Shown piece by piece: positions 12,298 through 22,351 of a DNA stretch of 64,000 nucleotides; position 1 is the stretch's first letter, and the number at the start of each line of letters is the position of its first letter. The notes beneath the pieces were generated by a model. It saw only the letters and a list, made by a program, of their open reading frames with translations. It did no database searches and was not told the DNA's origin. The translations under genes and the position numbers were made by a program. The stretch is taken from the NCBI GenBank assembly GCA_963812605.1, contig CAWEWF010000014.1, positions 544,001 to 608,000 of the forward strand, given 5' to 3'. The DNA comes from an uncultured Verrucomicrobiae bacterium (GTDB taxonomy: Bacteria; Verrucomicrobiota; Verrucomicrobiia; Palsa-1439).

Positions 12298-12978
12298 TCA
12301 ACGCGCGCTGGCAACCGCAATACGGTCGCGCTTCTGGCCGTAGGAAAGCTTGCGAAAGCGGCGGATTTCCGCCGTGCGGCGAGTGCGCGAGAGACCGTCG
12401 AGATGGCGCACGTAGCGTCGCGCCAATCGATTCGTCTCGTGATAGCGCTCGGCGAGCAACGGCGATTCCAGGTCCGAACGTTCCCGATCAAAGACGCAGG
12501 CTTTCAGCCAGCGCCGATCCGCAGCGGTCAGCCGCTGCGGTTTATTGAAAAAAGCGCAATACTTTTGGAGAATCAGATAGGTATCAACCTTTGCTTGCAG
12601 TTCGAGATCGCGCACGAAGGCTTCGCTATGGATGTCCAGTTTGCCGTCGCGGAATTTTAACGCGGCATGAACGGCATGGTCGAGTTCCTCGAGAAATACC
12701 ATGAAGGACAGGATGTTTTCATCGTTCAATCCACAGGCAGGATTATTCTTCTCCAGTGATTCGATCACGCTGGAATCATAATGGATTCCCAAGCGGAGCT
12801 TGCCCCCCACAATTCGCAGAAAAACGCGCCCCAAGTCGGAAATCTGCGCGGCACTGGGGCCCGCCATTTCCGACAGCGCGCGGCTGCGTCCCTGACAGAG
12901 CAGAAAATCCTCGAAATTCACCCCCGTGGGGCCGTAGGTGCGCTCCAGTAGAATTTGGACCTCGCCGAGCAGAGTCAT
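12298..12978 (-). CDS. Hypothetical protein with EExxH...ELQAKVD motif (possible zincin-like fold)
   Basis: ORF from ATG 12978 (MTLLGEVQILLERTYG), FLEELDHAVH and LELQAKVDTY. Confidence 0.7.
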   Translation of the reverse strand: MTLLGEVQILLERTYGPTGVNFEDFLLCQGRSRALSEMAGPSAAQISDLGRVFLRIVGGKLRLGIHYDSSVIESLEKNNPACGLNDENILSFMVFLEELDHAVHAALKFRDGKLDIHSEAFVRDLELQAKVDTYLILQKYCAFFNKPQRLTAADRRWLKACVFDRERSDLESPLLAERYHETNRLARRYVRHLDGLSRTRRTAEIRRFRKLSYGQKRDRIAVASAR

Positions 12979-13110
12979 CCCCCACGTAATAAGCAGCTTA
13001 GGTGCCACGCGGGCTGGCCATGGAAGGCAGATAAAACAAGTGCCGCAAGTCCGTCGCTTGCATTCTGTCCGTTCTTCGTGCATAGAATGGTGTGTGGATG
13101 TGAGAACTCT

Positions 13111-13446
13111 ATGAGCAAACCGAAAATTACTGCGTGGCTGAAACCGAGTTGCGGATGGAGCAATGGCGTGCGGGCCGTGCTGCGGAAGTATGATCTTCCG
13201 TTTGACGACCGCAACGTCATCAACAACGCCGAGTACTACCAGGAGATGGTGGCAAGAAGCGGCCAGCCCCTGCAGCCAACGCTCGAAATCGACGGCCAGA
13301 TTCTTCCCGACGTGAGCGGCGAGGAAGTGGAAGCGTGGCTCATCCAAAACGGCTACGTCAAACCCAACGCAGCCGCCACCGATGTCCCGACCAACGCGGC
13401 CTGCCAGGAGCACCCGGCGCCAACGATCAAGTTTGGTCGCGGTTAG
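13111..13446 (+). CDS. Glutaredoxin-like protein (CGWS)
   Basis: KPSCGWSNGVR, SGQPLQPTLEIDG. Confidence 0.85.
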   Translation: MSKPKITAWLKPSCGWSNGVRAVLRKYDLPFDDRNVINNAEYYQEMVARSGQPLQPTLEIDGQILPDVSGEEVEAWLIQNGYVKPNAAATDVPTNAACQEHPAPTIKFGRG

Positions 13447-13586
13447 TCCGCTAACGAACCGCAGCCGTGCATCAACCATAGAGGGTTGATATTTGCTTTC
13501 TGCGGGATGTTTGACCATTTCTCTGTTCCAATGCTACAAGTGTGCGCGACGCGGAGCGACTGGCCGCGCCCAAATCAAACATTCAC

Positions 13587-14594
13587 ATGGCGTATCTAGA
13601 ACATACACATGTAGGGCAACACCTGTTCATTGGGTTCACGGGCGCTGAGTTGACCGCCGACATACGCCGCCTGCTGAACACGATCCAGCCCGGAGGCGTT
13701 GTTCTCTTTGCCCGCAATATCGATACGGCCACCGGATTGCGCGCGCTCGGACGCGCACTACGGACGGAATTTTCCTATCGTCCGCTCGTAGCCATCGACC
13801 AGGAGCACAATCGTGTCAATCGCCTGCGCAATATCATCGGGGAAACCCCGACGATTGCCGACGTGAAGAAAGAGGGTAATGTCGAAAGGGCCGAGGATTT
13901 TGGGCGCACGACGGGACGCTGGTTGCATCAGTTCGGCATCGACATTGATTTCGCGCCGGTTTTCGATCTCGAGTTGTTCGATGCCAACACAGACAACGCG
14001 CTACGGGAGCGTTGCTGGGGCAGGACAGCCGAGGAAGTGTTCCGTTGGGCGGGCGCGTTTTTGGAGGGACTGGAACGCGAGGGCGTCGCCGCCTGTCCCA
14101 AGCATTTCCCAGGCCTCGGGGGCTCGACGCTTGATTCGCATGAAAAGTTGCCGACCATTACGCGCACTCGTGAGGAACTGTTGGAGGAAGACGTTGTGCC
14201 ATATGCCCGACTCATGCGGCGTCTGACGGCGATTATGGTTGGACACGGGCATTATCCTGCGTTCGATGGGGAGAAGCCCCGACCAGCTTCGCTCTCGCCG
14301 ACGATCATCACCGACTTGTTGCGGAAGCAACTTGGCTTTACCGGAATCGTCCTCACGGACGACATGGAGATGGGTGCGATCCTGGAGATGGGCTCCTTCG
14401 GGAACGCCGTGGCGGAGGCGTTTCAGGCGGGGGCGGACATGTTACTCGTCTGTCATACTGCCGAAAAAATCCTTGCCGCACACGAGGCGCTGACCAAGGC
14501 GATCGAGTCCGGCCGGATCGGCTTTCAACAGCTTTTTGAATCCCAACAACGCATCCAACAATTTCGCGAGGAATGGATCGCGCACAAGATCTGA
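13587..14594 (+). CDS. nagZ: Beta-N-acetylhexosaminidase (GH3)
   Basis: GVVLFARNI, AIDQE, KHFPGLG...DSH, LTDDMEMGA. Confidence 0.92.
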   Translation: MAYLEHTHVGQHLFIGFTGAELTADIRRLLNTIQPGGVVLFARNIDTATGLRALGRALRTEFSYRPLVAIDQEHNRVNRLRNIIGETPTIADVKKEGNVERAEDFGRTTGRWLHQFGIDIDFAPVFDLELFDANTDNALRERCWGRTAEEVFRWAGAFLEGLEREGVAACPKHFPGLGGSTLDSHEKLPTITRTREELLEEDVVPYARLMRRLTAIMVGHGHYPAFDGEKPRPASLSPTIITDLLRKQLGFTGIVLTDDMEMGAILEMGSFGNAVAEAFQAGADMLLVCHTAEKILAAHEALTKAIESGRIGFQQLFESQQRIQQFREEWIAHKI

Positions 14595-14600
14595 ATCCGC

Positions 14601-15293
14601 ATGAACTGGCAGGACAAGTTGAATCAGCGGATTATTCGCTGCCGGCTTTGTTCGCGGCTCGTACCGTATCGCGAACGCATCGGTCGCGAGAAGAAGCGCG
14701 AATTCCGCGACTGGGATTATTGGGCCAGGGCGTTACCAAGTTTGGGCGATCCACGGGCGCGACTGCTGATTATCGGTCTGGCTCCCGCGGCGCACGGGGC
14801 CAATCGCACCGGGCGCATGTTTACTGGCGATTCCTCGGGGCGATGGCTGTTCCGCGCGCTTCACAAGGCTGGATTCGCGAACCAACCAAGTTGGCAGCGT
14901 CGCGATGACGGTTTGAAGCTCATCGGTTCCTACATCACCGCGGTCTGCCACTGCGCGCCGCCGGACAATAAACCGTTGCCCCGAGAGATTGAGAACTGCA
15001 GCGTTTACCTCGATGAAGAGCTGAATCGTCTCCAGAATGCGCGCGTGGTGATTGTGCTGGGAAAGATTGCCTTCGACAATTATCTGAAGGGGTTGCGCCG
15101 GCAGGGTGTGAGGTTGCCAAAGCCACTGCCGCGGTTCGCACACGACGCCGTCTACCGGTTCAGCCATAATCTGCCGGCGCTGATCGCTTCCTATCATCCG
15201 AGCCGACAAAACACGAACACCGGCAAATTGACCGAACCGATGTTCGACGCCGTGTTCTCTCGCGCGCGAAAGCTGGTGGACGCGGCGAATTAA
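14601..15293 (+). CDS. Uracil-DNA glycosylase, family 5 (Fe-S)
   Basis: CRLCSRL, GLAPAAHGANRTGRMFTGDSSG, CAPPDNKP, SYHPSRQN. Confidence 0.93.
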   Translation: MNWQDKLNQRIIRCRLCSRLVPYRERIGREKKREFRDWDYWARALPSLGDPRARLLIIGLAPAAHGANRTGRMFTGDSSGRWLFRALHKAGFANQPSWQRRDDGLKLIGSYITAVCHCAPPDNKPLPREIENCSVYLDEELNRLQNARVVIVLGKIAFDNYLKGLRRQGVRLPKPLPRFAHDAVYRFSHNLPALIASYHPSRQNTNTGKLTEPMFDAVFSRARKLVDAAN

Positions 15294-15310
15294 TGCCTGC
15301 GGGCCGCCGC

Positions 15311-17005
15311 TTACTGGCCGGCTTGCAGTCGCGCCAGCCCGTTTTGAGCCACGGCGAAGCCTGGCCGGAGCTTCAGCGCCTGCTCGTATTGCGCGACGGC
15401 CTCCGGCGTGCGGCCGAGCGTTTCGAAGGCGGCTCCCAAATTACAGTGTGCTTCAGCGAAATCGGGACTAATTCGTACGGCTTGTTCCCACTGAGCGATC
15501 GCCGCCTGTGTCTCGCCCAATCGCATCAAGGCGAGGCCGAGATTATAGTGTGCGTTGGCGTAATCGGGCCAAATTCTCAGCGCCTCCTCGTAGTTCCCGA
15601 TGGCCTCCGACGCGCGGTTTAGCTTCTCCAAGGCAATTCCCAGGTTGCAGTGTGCTTCCGCGTAATCGGGAAGAATTCGCACCGCCTGCTCGTACTCTTC
15701 GATGGCCTCCTGGGTCCTGCCGGCTTGCGCGAGGGCCAACCCGAGGGTGTAGTGCCCGACAGCAAAGTCCGGGAAGTGCGTGAGCACGGTCCTAAAGAGC
15801 ACTTCGTCGTTGCGCCAAACGGGCGTCAGGGTCCGGGTACGCCATCCGAAAAAGCAAAGTTCGCCTGCCAGCAGACATCCCAGTGCAAGACGGTTGATCG
15901 TCGCGCTGCGCCGCCACGCCCAAACTACCATGCCACCCAACAACAGCAGCAGGGGCAGCATCGCCAGGTAGGCGTGTCGCGTCGCGACCGTTTGGAGACC
16001 AGTCTGTAACAGGCCCGAGACAGGCAGAACCAACGCCAGATAGGCTCCAAGCCCAGCCAACAAGGCTGGCGTGCGTTGCCCGCGCCAAATACACAGTCCC
16101 ACTATGGCCGCGACGCTCAACGCCATCGGAAAGACCGGCAACAGCCGTGATGAAGGGCCTGAAAGCAACGGATAAAATGGCTCCAGCGACGCGGGCCATA
16201 CCAGCTTCCAAGGGTAAAAGAGAAGACTCTGCACTGCCAAAAACACGCGTTGCGGCCAATGGACCACCGCCAATGGGACCATCAGACCGCCGGTGTGCGA
16301 CTCGCTGATAATGGTGACGGCCGCCATCGCCAACGCAAGGGCGATCAACGCCGCCTTCTCGCGGAGCAACGGCACCCAACCGAGTCGTTCAAACCGTCGC
16401 AGTGGAAAGTAATCAATCGCCAGCATGACGAAGGGCAACGTCACCGCCATCGGTTTGCTCAACAGTGCCCCGGCGAACAAAGTCCGCACCACCCATCGGC
16501 GCGCGCTGGAGACGTAAGCCCAAAGGCAGCCGATCCCGAACGTCGTGCAGAGCAATTGCGTTCGTCCCGACATCCAGGCCACCGACTCGACTTGCAGTGG
16601 GTGGATCGCGAAGACGGTGGCGACTCCGAAGGCCGTTGCAAGCCGCTCGCTGGTTGACAACGATGCCGCCCCCAACAGCGTCCACAGGAAACCGAAGACG
16701 AGCGCCGCGTTAAGGGCATGTAAAACTACGCTGGTCGCGTGATGTCCCGCCGCGTTGGTCCACCAAATCTGATAGTCCAGAAGGTGCGAAAGTCGCGGCA
16801 GTGGATGGTAATAGGGCTCCGTCTCCGTGAACGCCCATTTGACCGCGTCCCAGCTCAGGCCGTTCAACCGCGCCGCCTGCTGCAGATACTTGTCGTCGTC
16901 CATCCCTGTCAGGAACCCGCCTTGGACGCTGGGCCAGTGCAGCCAGAGTGCGCCCGCGAATATCACGAGGCACAGTCCAATCAATTTTGCGCGGCTGACG
17001 TTCAC
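15311..17005 (-). CDS. TMTC-like membrane glycosyltransferase (GT-C) with C-terminal TPR repeats
   Basis: DD motif, HPLQVESVAWMSGR, LLSKPMAVTLP, TPRs (AEAHCNLG). Confidence 0.85.
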   Translation of the reverse strand: MNVSRAKLIGLCLVIFAGALWLHWPSVQGGFLTGMDDDKYLQQAARLNGLSWDAVKWAFTETEPYYHPLPRLSHLLDYQIWWTNAAGHHATSVVLHALNAALVFGFLWTLLGAASLSTSERLATAFGVATVFAIHPLQVESVAWMSGRTQLLCTTFGIGCLWAYVSSARRWVVRTLFAGALLSKPMAVTLPFVMLAIDYFPLRRFERLGWVPLLREKAALIALALAMAAVTIISESHTGGLMVPLAVVHWPQRVFLAVQSLLFYPWKLVWPASLEPFYPLLSGPSSRLLPVFPMALSVAAIVGLCIWRGQRTPALLAGLGAYLALVLPVSGLLQTGLQTVATRHAYLAMLPLLLLLGGMVVWAWRRSATINRLALGCLLAGELCFFGWRTRTLTPVWRNDEVLFRTVLTHFPDFAVGHYTLGLALAQAGRTQEAIEEYEQAVRILPDYAEAHCNLGIALEKLNRASEAIGNYEEALRIWPDYANAHYNLGLALMRLGETQAAIAQWEQAVRISPDFAEAHCNLGAAFETLGRTPEAVAQYEQALKLRPGFAVAQNGLARLQAGQ

Positions 17006-17053
17006 TCAAACCTGAAACGATAGGGTTTTCAACCGCTCGATTGGTGCAATCGG

Positions 17054-17458
17054 TCAGTCACCCGCAGATTGACGCAGCGCCTTGATCGCCTTGCGAACAT
17101 CGGAGACGTGGGCGACGATCAACGCTTCCGATTGCAGGCTTCCTGCCGTAGCGTACAAGTAATCGATGTTCACTTTCGCGGCACCAAGCGCATCCGCGAT
17201 GCGCGCCAATGAACCCGGCCGATCTTTGGCAGGAATGCACAGCACTTTCGTTTCGCCCACGTCGAGACCTTTGCGACGCAAGACGGCCCGCGCCTTCGGG
17301 GCTTTATCCGGCACGAGACGGACGATGTTGTACTCGAAGCCGCCGGAGGCATCGATGGCGAGCAGGTTCACTTTTGCCTTGGCCAGAGCGTTGGTAATAT
17401 CGCCGAGGGTGCCCGGGCGGTTGGGCAGGATGATGGAAAGTTCGGTTCTTGTTGTCAT
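17054..17458 (-). CDS. Tandem ACT-domain protein
   Basis: PNRPGTLGDITNALAKAKVNL and KDRPGSLARIADALGAAKVNIDYLY. Confidence 0.88.
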   Translation of the reverse strand: MTTRTELSIILPNRPGTLGDITNALAKAKVNLLAIDASGGFEYNIVRLVPDKAPKARAVLRRKGLDVGETKVLCIPAKDRPGSLARIADALGAAKVNIDYLYATAGSLQSEALIVAHVSDVRKAIKALRQSAGD

Positions 17459-17482
17459 GGTGATTTCTGGGATCGGCCGGGT

Positions 17483-17845
17483 TCAGTGCGTCAGGGCATC
17501 GGTAAAAGAACAGGCAACGATGGCGTTCAGGCCAAGCGCCTTCGCTTTCTCGATAAGTTCGGGGCTATCGGCGCCGGGGTTCACCCACAATTCCTCGCAG
17601 CCTTTTTTAGCGATGTCGTCGAGCACCTTGATGCCGACAGCCGCGGGTAGGTACAGGCTGATGCGATTGAGCGCCACGGGGATTTCGGCCACGGACTTGT
17701 AGCATTTCAGGCCCTCGATCGTTTCTTCCTTCGGGTTGATGGGGTAAACGTCGTAGCCCGCCCGCAAATGCGCATGGATGGATTTGTTGCTGAATTTGTT
17801 CTGATCGGCCGACGCGCCGATGATTGCCACGGTTGGTTTGCTCAT
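17483..17845 (-). CDS. CoA-binding protein (YccU-like)
   Basis: VAIIGAS...VYPINP...GLKCY, WVNPGA. Confidence 0.9.
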   Translation of the reverse strand: MSKPTVAIIGASADQNKFSNKSIHAHLRAGYDVYPINPKEETIEGLKCYKSVAEIPVALNRISLYLPAAVGIKVLDDIAKKGCEELWVNPGADSPELIEKAKALGLNAIVACSFTDALTH

Positions 17846-17852
17846 TCTTACT

Positions 17853-18566
17853 TCAGCCTCCCAAATACGATTTCTTCACTTGCTCATTCTTTATCAGATT
17901 TTCTGCCGTGTCTTCCAACACAATTCTTCCTGTCTCGAGCACATAACCGCGCTGCGCGACATGCAATGCCATGTTCGCGTTCTGCTCGACCAACAGAATC
18001 GTCGTTCCCTGGCGGTTGATCTCGCGGATGATATCGAAGATCTTCGTCACAATCATGGGCGCGAGGCCAAGCGATGGCTCGTCGAGCAACAGCAATTTCG
18101 GCCGGGCCATCAACGCTCGCGAAATCGCCAGCATTTGTTGTTCGCCACCACTGAGCGTGCCGCCGAGTTGGGTTTGCCGCTCTTTCAAAATCGGGAACGT
18201 CGCGAACACTTGCTCGACATCCGCGCGCAAGGCCCTGTCAGCAACGCGCTGGAACGCGCCCATTTCCAGGTTTTCCCGCACCGTTAGCCGAGGGAAGATG
18301 CGACGCCCTTCCGGGGCCTGCGAAATCCCACGGCGCACAATCTCATGAGGCGGCTGGTTTTGAATTGGCGCATCCGCAAATGAAATCTGTCCCTGCCGAC
18401 ACTGATTGATGCCGCTGACCGTCATGAGCATCGTAGATTTCCCGGCACCGTTGGCCCCGAGCACCGCGACGATCTCGCCCTCGCCAACGCTGAGGTTAAT
18501 CCCCTTTAGGACCTCGATGAGACCGTATCCGGAATAAACGTTCTCAAGTTGTAGCAGTGTCTTCAT
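17853..18566 (-). CDS. livF: Branched-chain amino acid ABC transporter ATPase
   Basis: GANGAGKST, LSGGEQQML, LLLDEPSLGLAP, LVEQN. Confidence 0.95.
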   Translation of the reverse strand: MKTLLQLENVYSGYGLIEVLKGINLSVGEGEIVAVLGANGAGKSTMLMTVSGINQCRQGQISFADAPIQNQPPHEIVRRGISQAPEGRRIFPRLTVRENLEMGAFQRVADRALRADVEQVFATFPILKERQTQLGGTLSGGEQQMLAISRALMARPKLLLLDEPSLGLAPMIVTKIFDIIREINRQGTTILLVEQNANMALHVAQRGYVLETGRIVLEDTAENLIKNEQVKKSYLGG

Positions 18567-19590
18567 GGGCCTTTCCCAGATAGGCTTCGATGACCTTCGG
18601 GTCGCTGCGCACTGTTTCCGGCGTGCCCTCGGCGATTTTTTCCCCGTGGTCGAGAACGGCGATGTGGTCGGAAATTCCCATCACGACCTGCATGTGGTGC
18701 TCGATAAGCAACACCGTGATGCCGCGGTCGCGAATGTTATGGATCAGTTTCATCAATTCCTGCGCCTCGGCAGGGTTCATGCCCGCAGCGGGTTCGTCGA
18801 GCAGCAGGAGGCGAGGTTGCATGGCCAGGGCGCGAGCGATTTCGAGGCGCCGTTGATGGCCGTAGGAAAGGTTTTCCGCCAATTGATTGGCCTCTCGATC
18901 CAGATCGACGAAGCGCAGGATGTCCATCGCCTGCCGCGCCGATTCGTCTCGCTCACGCCAATATAATGGCAAACGTAGCGCCACGTGCCAAACGCGGGTG
19001 CGCAATTGGCTGTCCATTCCGAGCAACACGTTGTCGAGCGCGGTCATTTGATTGAAGAGACGGATATTCTGAAACGTCCGCGCGATACCGGCACGCGCGG
19101 CCACTTCCGGAGCACGCCGCGTCCGCTGCCAGATCGCAAAAGCGCCCGCCAGTCCGATGAGGCCGCCGATCAGAAACGGAATCGCGAATCGTTGGCCCAG
19201 CGCTTCGCTGAAGTAACTGGAGGCGGCGCTGAATGCTTTCGACCAGAGGAATGCCTGCTCATAAACGTAATTCGACGTGATGGCTGCGTCCCAAAGCGGT
19301 TCGACGTTCACGATCAGCACCAGACTGAGACCCGCAACCAGACCAACGAGCGCCAGCGCCAGTGCGGTCGTCCAGCGGAATGGGCGGCGTGCTTCCTGGC
19401 CGTTAAAGCAAATGCGACCGCTGGTGGGATCGTAGATTCCCGTGATGGCGTTGAAGAGGGTGGTTTTGCCCGCGCCGTTGGGACCGATGACCGACACGAT
19501 CTCTTTTGCGGGAATATCGAGCGACACCGCGTTGACAGCCGTGAGGCCGCCGAAACGCACGGTGAGGTCGGATATTTCGAGAATGTTCAT
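18544..19590 (-). CDS. livG: Branched-chain amino acid ABC ATPase with internal hydrophobic insertion
   Basis: FGGLTAV, GPNGAGKTT, RTFQNIRLF, LSYGHQRRLEIARAL, DEPAAGMN, VIEAYLG; ~90-aa TM-rich insert. Confidence 0.93.
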   Translation of the reverse strand: MNILEISDLTVRFGGLTAVNAVSLDIPAKEIVSVIGPNGAGKTTLFNAITGIYDPTSGRICFNGQEARRPFRWTTALALALVGLVAGLSLVLIVNVEPLWDAAITSNYVYEQAFLWSKAFSAASSYFSEALGQRFAIPFLIGGLIGLAGAFAIWQRTRRAPEVAARAGIARTFQNIRLFNQMTALDNVLLGMDSQLRTRVWHVALRLPLYWRERDESARQAMDILRFVDLDREANQLAENLSYGHQRRLEIARALAMQPRLLLLDEPAAGMNPAEAQELMKLIHNIRDRGITVLLIEHHMQVVMGISDHIAVLDHGEKIAEGTPETVRSDPKVIEAYLGKAHEDTATT

Positions 19591-20642
19591 GAAGGTGGGG
19601 GAAGTTGTGGTTCGCGTGGATGAATCTCCGCCTTGAACTGACGCGATGGCAGAAGGCCCTCGGGTCGAAAGCGCATCATCAGGATGAGGGCCAGTCCGTA
19701 GAGCATGTATTTCCAGTTGCCCGGCGCGGTGAAGACATTTGAACTGCTGATGAGCTGGTGCGCTTTGAGAAAATTCGTCACGGTTTCCAGCACGATGGAA
19801 TTGAAGCCCATGATCACCAGGGCGCCGAGGAGGACGCCGCCGACATTGCCCGTGCCGCCCACGATCACGATACACAAGGCGATGATCGAAACCTGGAAGT
19901 CGTAATTGCCCGGCTCGCCGCTGGACCCGAGATAGCTCGCCCACAATGCGCCGGCGAGGCTGCATTGCGCTGCACCGAGGGCAAACGCCAGCAGCTTCAT
20001 TTTCATCGGGTTGACACCCATGCACGAGGAGGCAAGCTCGTCTTCGCGGATGGAAATCCAGGCGCGACCGACGCGTGAGCGCTGGAGATTGCGGTTCAGG
20101 AGCACAAGCACGGCGAGGAACCCGAGAAAGAGGTAGTACCAGGGTTGGTAGGTCTCCGCGCGGAAATGGTAGCCGAACCAGGACGGCGATGGCAGGGGAT
20201 TGATGCCTTGGGTGCCCTTGGTGATGGAGTCGAGGTTCTTCAGGACGTCCTCGACAATTTCGCCGAAGCCGAGTGTGACAAGGGCAAGATAGTCGCCGCG
20301 CAGACGGATCGTTGGCAAACCGAGGAACAGTCCCACCGTCAAACCCACGAGAACGGTTAACATTGTCGCTGACCAGAAGCCAAGGCGAAAAGGATAGATG
20401 TCGCAGGTCAGAATGGCGTAGCTGTACGCGCCGACGGCCATGAACGCAGCGACGCCGAGATTCAGTTGGCCCGTGAAGCCAGTGAGAATATTCAAGCCGA
20501 GTCCGAGCATTGCCATGATGAAGATCGGCCGCAGAAGATCGCCGATGTGTGGATGTCCGGGGAGCAACAACTCGATGAGCGGAATCAGTGCCGCGACGAC
20601 AAGAAACGACCAATGAAAAGGGATGCGGCGCGGCACGGCCAT
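19587..20642 (-). CDS. livM: Branched-chain amino acid ABC permease
   Basis: GLNILTGFTGQLNLG, RLRGDYLALVTLGFGEI, IREDE, RPEGLL. Confidence 0.95.
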   Translation of the reverse strand: MAVPRRIPFHWSFLVVAALIPLIELLLPGHPHIGDLLRPIFIMAMLGLGLNILTGFTGQLNLGVAAFMAVGAYSYAILTCDIYPFRLGFWSATMLTVLVGLTVGLFLGLPTIRLRGDYLALVTLGFGEIVEDVLKNLDSITKGTQGINPLPSPSWFGYHFRAETYQPWYYLFLGFLAVLVLLNRNLQRSRVGRAWISIREDELASSCMGVNPMKMKLLAFALGAAQCSLAGALWASYLGSSGEPGNYDFQVSIIALCIVIVGGTGNVGGVLLGALVIMGFNSIVLETVTNFLKAHQLISSSNVFTAPGNWKYMLYGLALILMMRFRPEGLLPSRQFKAEIHPREPQLPPPS

Positions 20643-20696
20643 CAGATGATTGTCTCCTTCATACCGTTGAATCCATTGTAAGTGGAATGTCGCCAC

Positions 20697-20755
20697 TGTA
20701 GCCGCGAAGCTTCTTCGCGGTGGCGAGCGGGCCGCGAATGCGATTCGCGGCTACA
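20697..20755. repeat. GTAG-type REP doublet (REPIN-like)
   Basis: TGTAGCCGCGAAGCTTCTTCGCGG ... GCCGCGAATGCGATTCGCGGCTACA: inverted pair of GTAG-headed hairpins between livH and livM. Confidence 0.8.
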
Positions 20756-20778
20756 AACGAACTCGCGTCCGCTTCGCA

Positions 20779-21741
20779 TCAGACTTTCTCCTTGGCGCGG
20801 GCACCGAGCAGTCCTTGTGGCCGAAATACGAGCACCAGAATCAGAACGGTGAAGACCAGCACGTTTGTCCAGCGGGTCTCCAGGTATTGATCACACATGG
20901 CCCGCGCCAGGCCGATGACCAGTCCGCCCAGCAGCGCGCCCGGCAGGCTGCCGATTCCGCCGAGAACCGCAGCGGTAAACGCGTCCATGCCCGCGCGATA
21001 GCCCATCTGGAAGTAGATCGTGTTGTTGTAGACGGATGACACCACGCTGGCGACACCCGCCAGCGCGCCACCGATCAGAAACGTCTGGCCGATGACGCGA
21101 TCCACGGGAATGCCCATCAATCGCGCCGCCAGCCGGTCCTGCGCGACCGCGCGCATAGCCTTGCCGGCGCGCGTGCCTTTTACGAACCATGTCAGCAGAA
21201 TCATGAGCGGCAACGTCACCACGAAGACCATGAGATCTTTGGCCGTGAACTCGATGGGGCTTTGGCCGAGTAGATTGAAATTCGAGAGTAGGGCCGGGAA
21301 ATCCTTGGGGGAGGCGGCAGAGCGTCCCAACCCGAAAACGTTCATCGGGATGCCACCCCAGAGCAGGCCGATATTCATGAACACGAAGGAGAGCCCAATC
21401 GCTGAGACGAGCGGGGCCAGCTTGGTGGAGTCGCGGAGATGTCGATAAGCGAAACGGTCCGCGAGCCAGTTCAGGCCGCCGCAGAAGACCGGCACGATCA
21501 GCAGCATCAGGAACAGACCCAACCACATGCCCGGTGCGCCTGCGGCGAGGTGGTCGAGGCCGAGAAGTCCCACCAGCGTGAGCGCCGCGAAACTGCCGAG
21601 CATGAAGAGGTCGCCATGGGCGAAGTTGATGAGCTCGATGATGCCGTAGACCATCGTGTAGCCCAGGGCGATGAGGGCGATGATCATCCCGTTGGATAAT
21701 CCGATGATCAGTTGTTGCAGGAAAATCTCACTGCCGGACAT
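20779..21741 (-). CDS. livH: Branched-chain amino acid ABC permease
   Basis: ALIALGYTMVYGIIELINFAHG, AFTAAVLGGIGS, RPQGLLG. Confidence 0.95.
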   Translation of the reverse strand: MSGSEIFLQQLIIGLSNGMIIALIALGYTMVYGIIELINFAHGDLFMLGSFAALTLVGLLGLDHLAAGAPGMWLGLFLMLLIVPVFCGGLNWLADRFAYRHLRDSTKLAPLVSAIGLSFVFMNIGLLWGGIPMNVFGLGRSAASPKDFPALLSNFNLLGQSPIEFTAKDLMVFVVTLPLMILLTWFVKGTRAGKAMRAVAQDRLAARLMGIPVDRVIGQTFLIGGALAGVASVVSSVYNNTIYFQMGYRAGMDAFTAAVLGGIGSLPGALLGGLVIGLARAMCDQYLETRWTNVLVFTVLILVLVFRPQGLLGARAKEKV

Positions 21742-21750
21742 GCGGCCCAC

Positions 21751-21775
21751 TGTAGCGGCGCGCTACGAGCGTCGC
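21751..21775 (+). repeat. Single GTAG-headed REP-like hairpin
   Basis: TGTAGCGGCGCGCTACGAGCGTCGC at the edge of the TA insert. Confidence 0.5.
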
Positions 21776-21841
21776 AATCTGAATTGTAGTCGTGGGGCTG
21801 TTACGCTCGGGAACATTGGTGCGAGCCTTCGCAGCCAGCTA

Positions 21842-22097
21842 TCAACGATGCGCTTTCTCGATCTTGATGACTTTGAGCTCCTGCGTAGCATGGTCAGCCC
21901 AGTAGGTTAGCGCATAAGGGCCGATGATTTTGACTTGTAGTGGGCGTCCAAGTTCATCTTGGCCCTGATAATCCACGGTCTGGAATCCGGTCGTTCGCAA
22001 GGCGATTTAGGAAATCTAGAATCAAGCGTCTTTGCTGAGACGACGGGAGCGGAATGCCAAGCACCTCGTGCGTAATGAGGACGCGATAGGTGGGCAA
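21842..22097 (-). pseudogene. RelE/ParE-fold-like toxin, frameshifted
   Basis: Reads PTYRVLITHEVL...QRRLILDFLNRLAND / DYQGQDELGRPLQVKIIGPYALTYWADHATQELKVIKIEKAHR* with an indel near 21985; size and pattern fit RelE-like toxins. Confidence 0.6.
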
Positions 22098-22100
22098 GCG

Positions 22101-22295
22101 TTATTCTTTCCAGCGCTATTCGAGTTCGTTGAGCGATACCCAATGGGAAGGATCACGGTCATTGACGCTGCTGGCCAACTCTTTGCGAAGCTTCGGGTCA
22201 CGTTCATACCGAAAGTGGACAAGATACGCGGCCAGACGATCCTGTTGCTTTACTGTCAAGCCAGCGAGTTCTTTCTCGAGTTCCTTGATCGACTT
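22101..22295 (-). pseudogene. Putative antitoxin (addiction-module-like), start codon and one sense codon mutated
   Basis: (M)SIKELEKELAGLTVKQQDRLAAYLVHFRYERDPKLRKELASSVNDRDPSHWVSLNELE*RWKE*; AAG in place of ATG, internal TAG; abuts the toxin ORF. Confidence 0.55.
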
Positions 22296-22300
22296 GGCAA

Positions 22301-22329
22301 AATATAACAAATCGACACGGCAATATCAA
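22301..22329 (-). promoter_or_regulatory. Sigma70-type promoter of the TA pair
   Basis: Minus strand TTGATA-N17-TATATT, 5 nt upstream of the inferred antitoxin start (leaderless). Confidence 0.6.
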
Positions 22330-22351
22330 GACTGCTGCTCCGGTATCCCAC

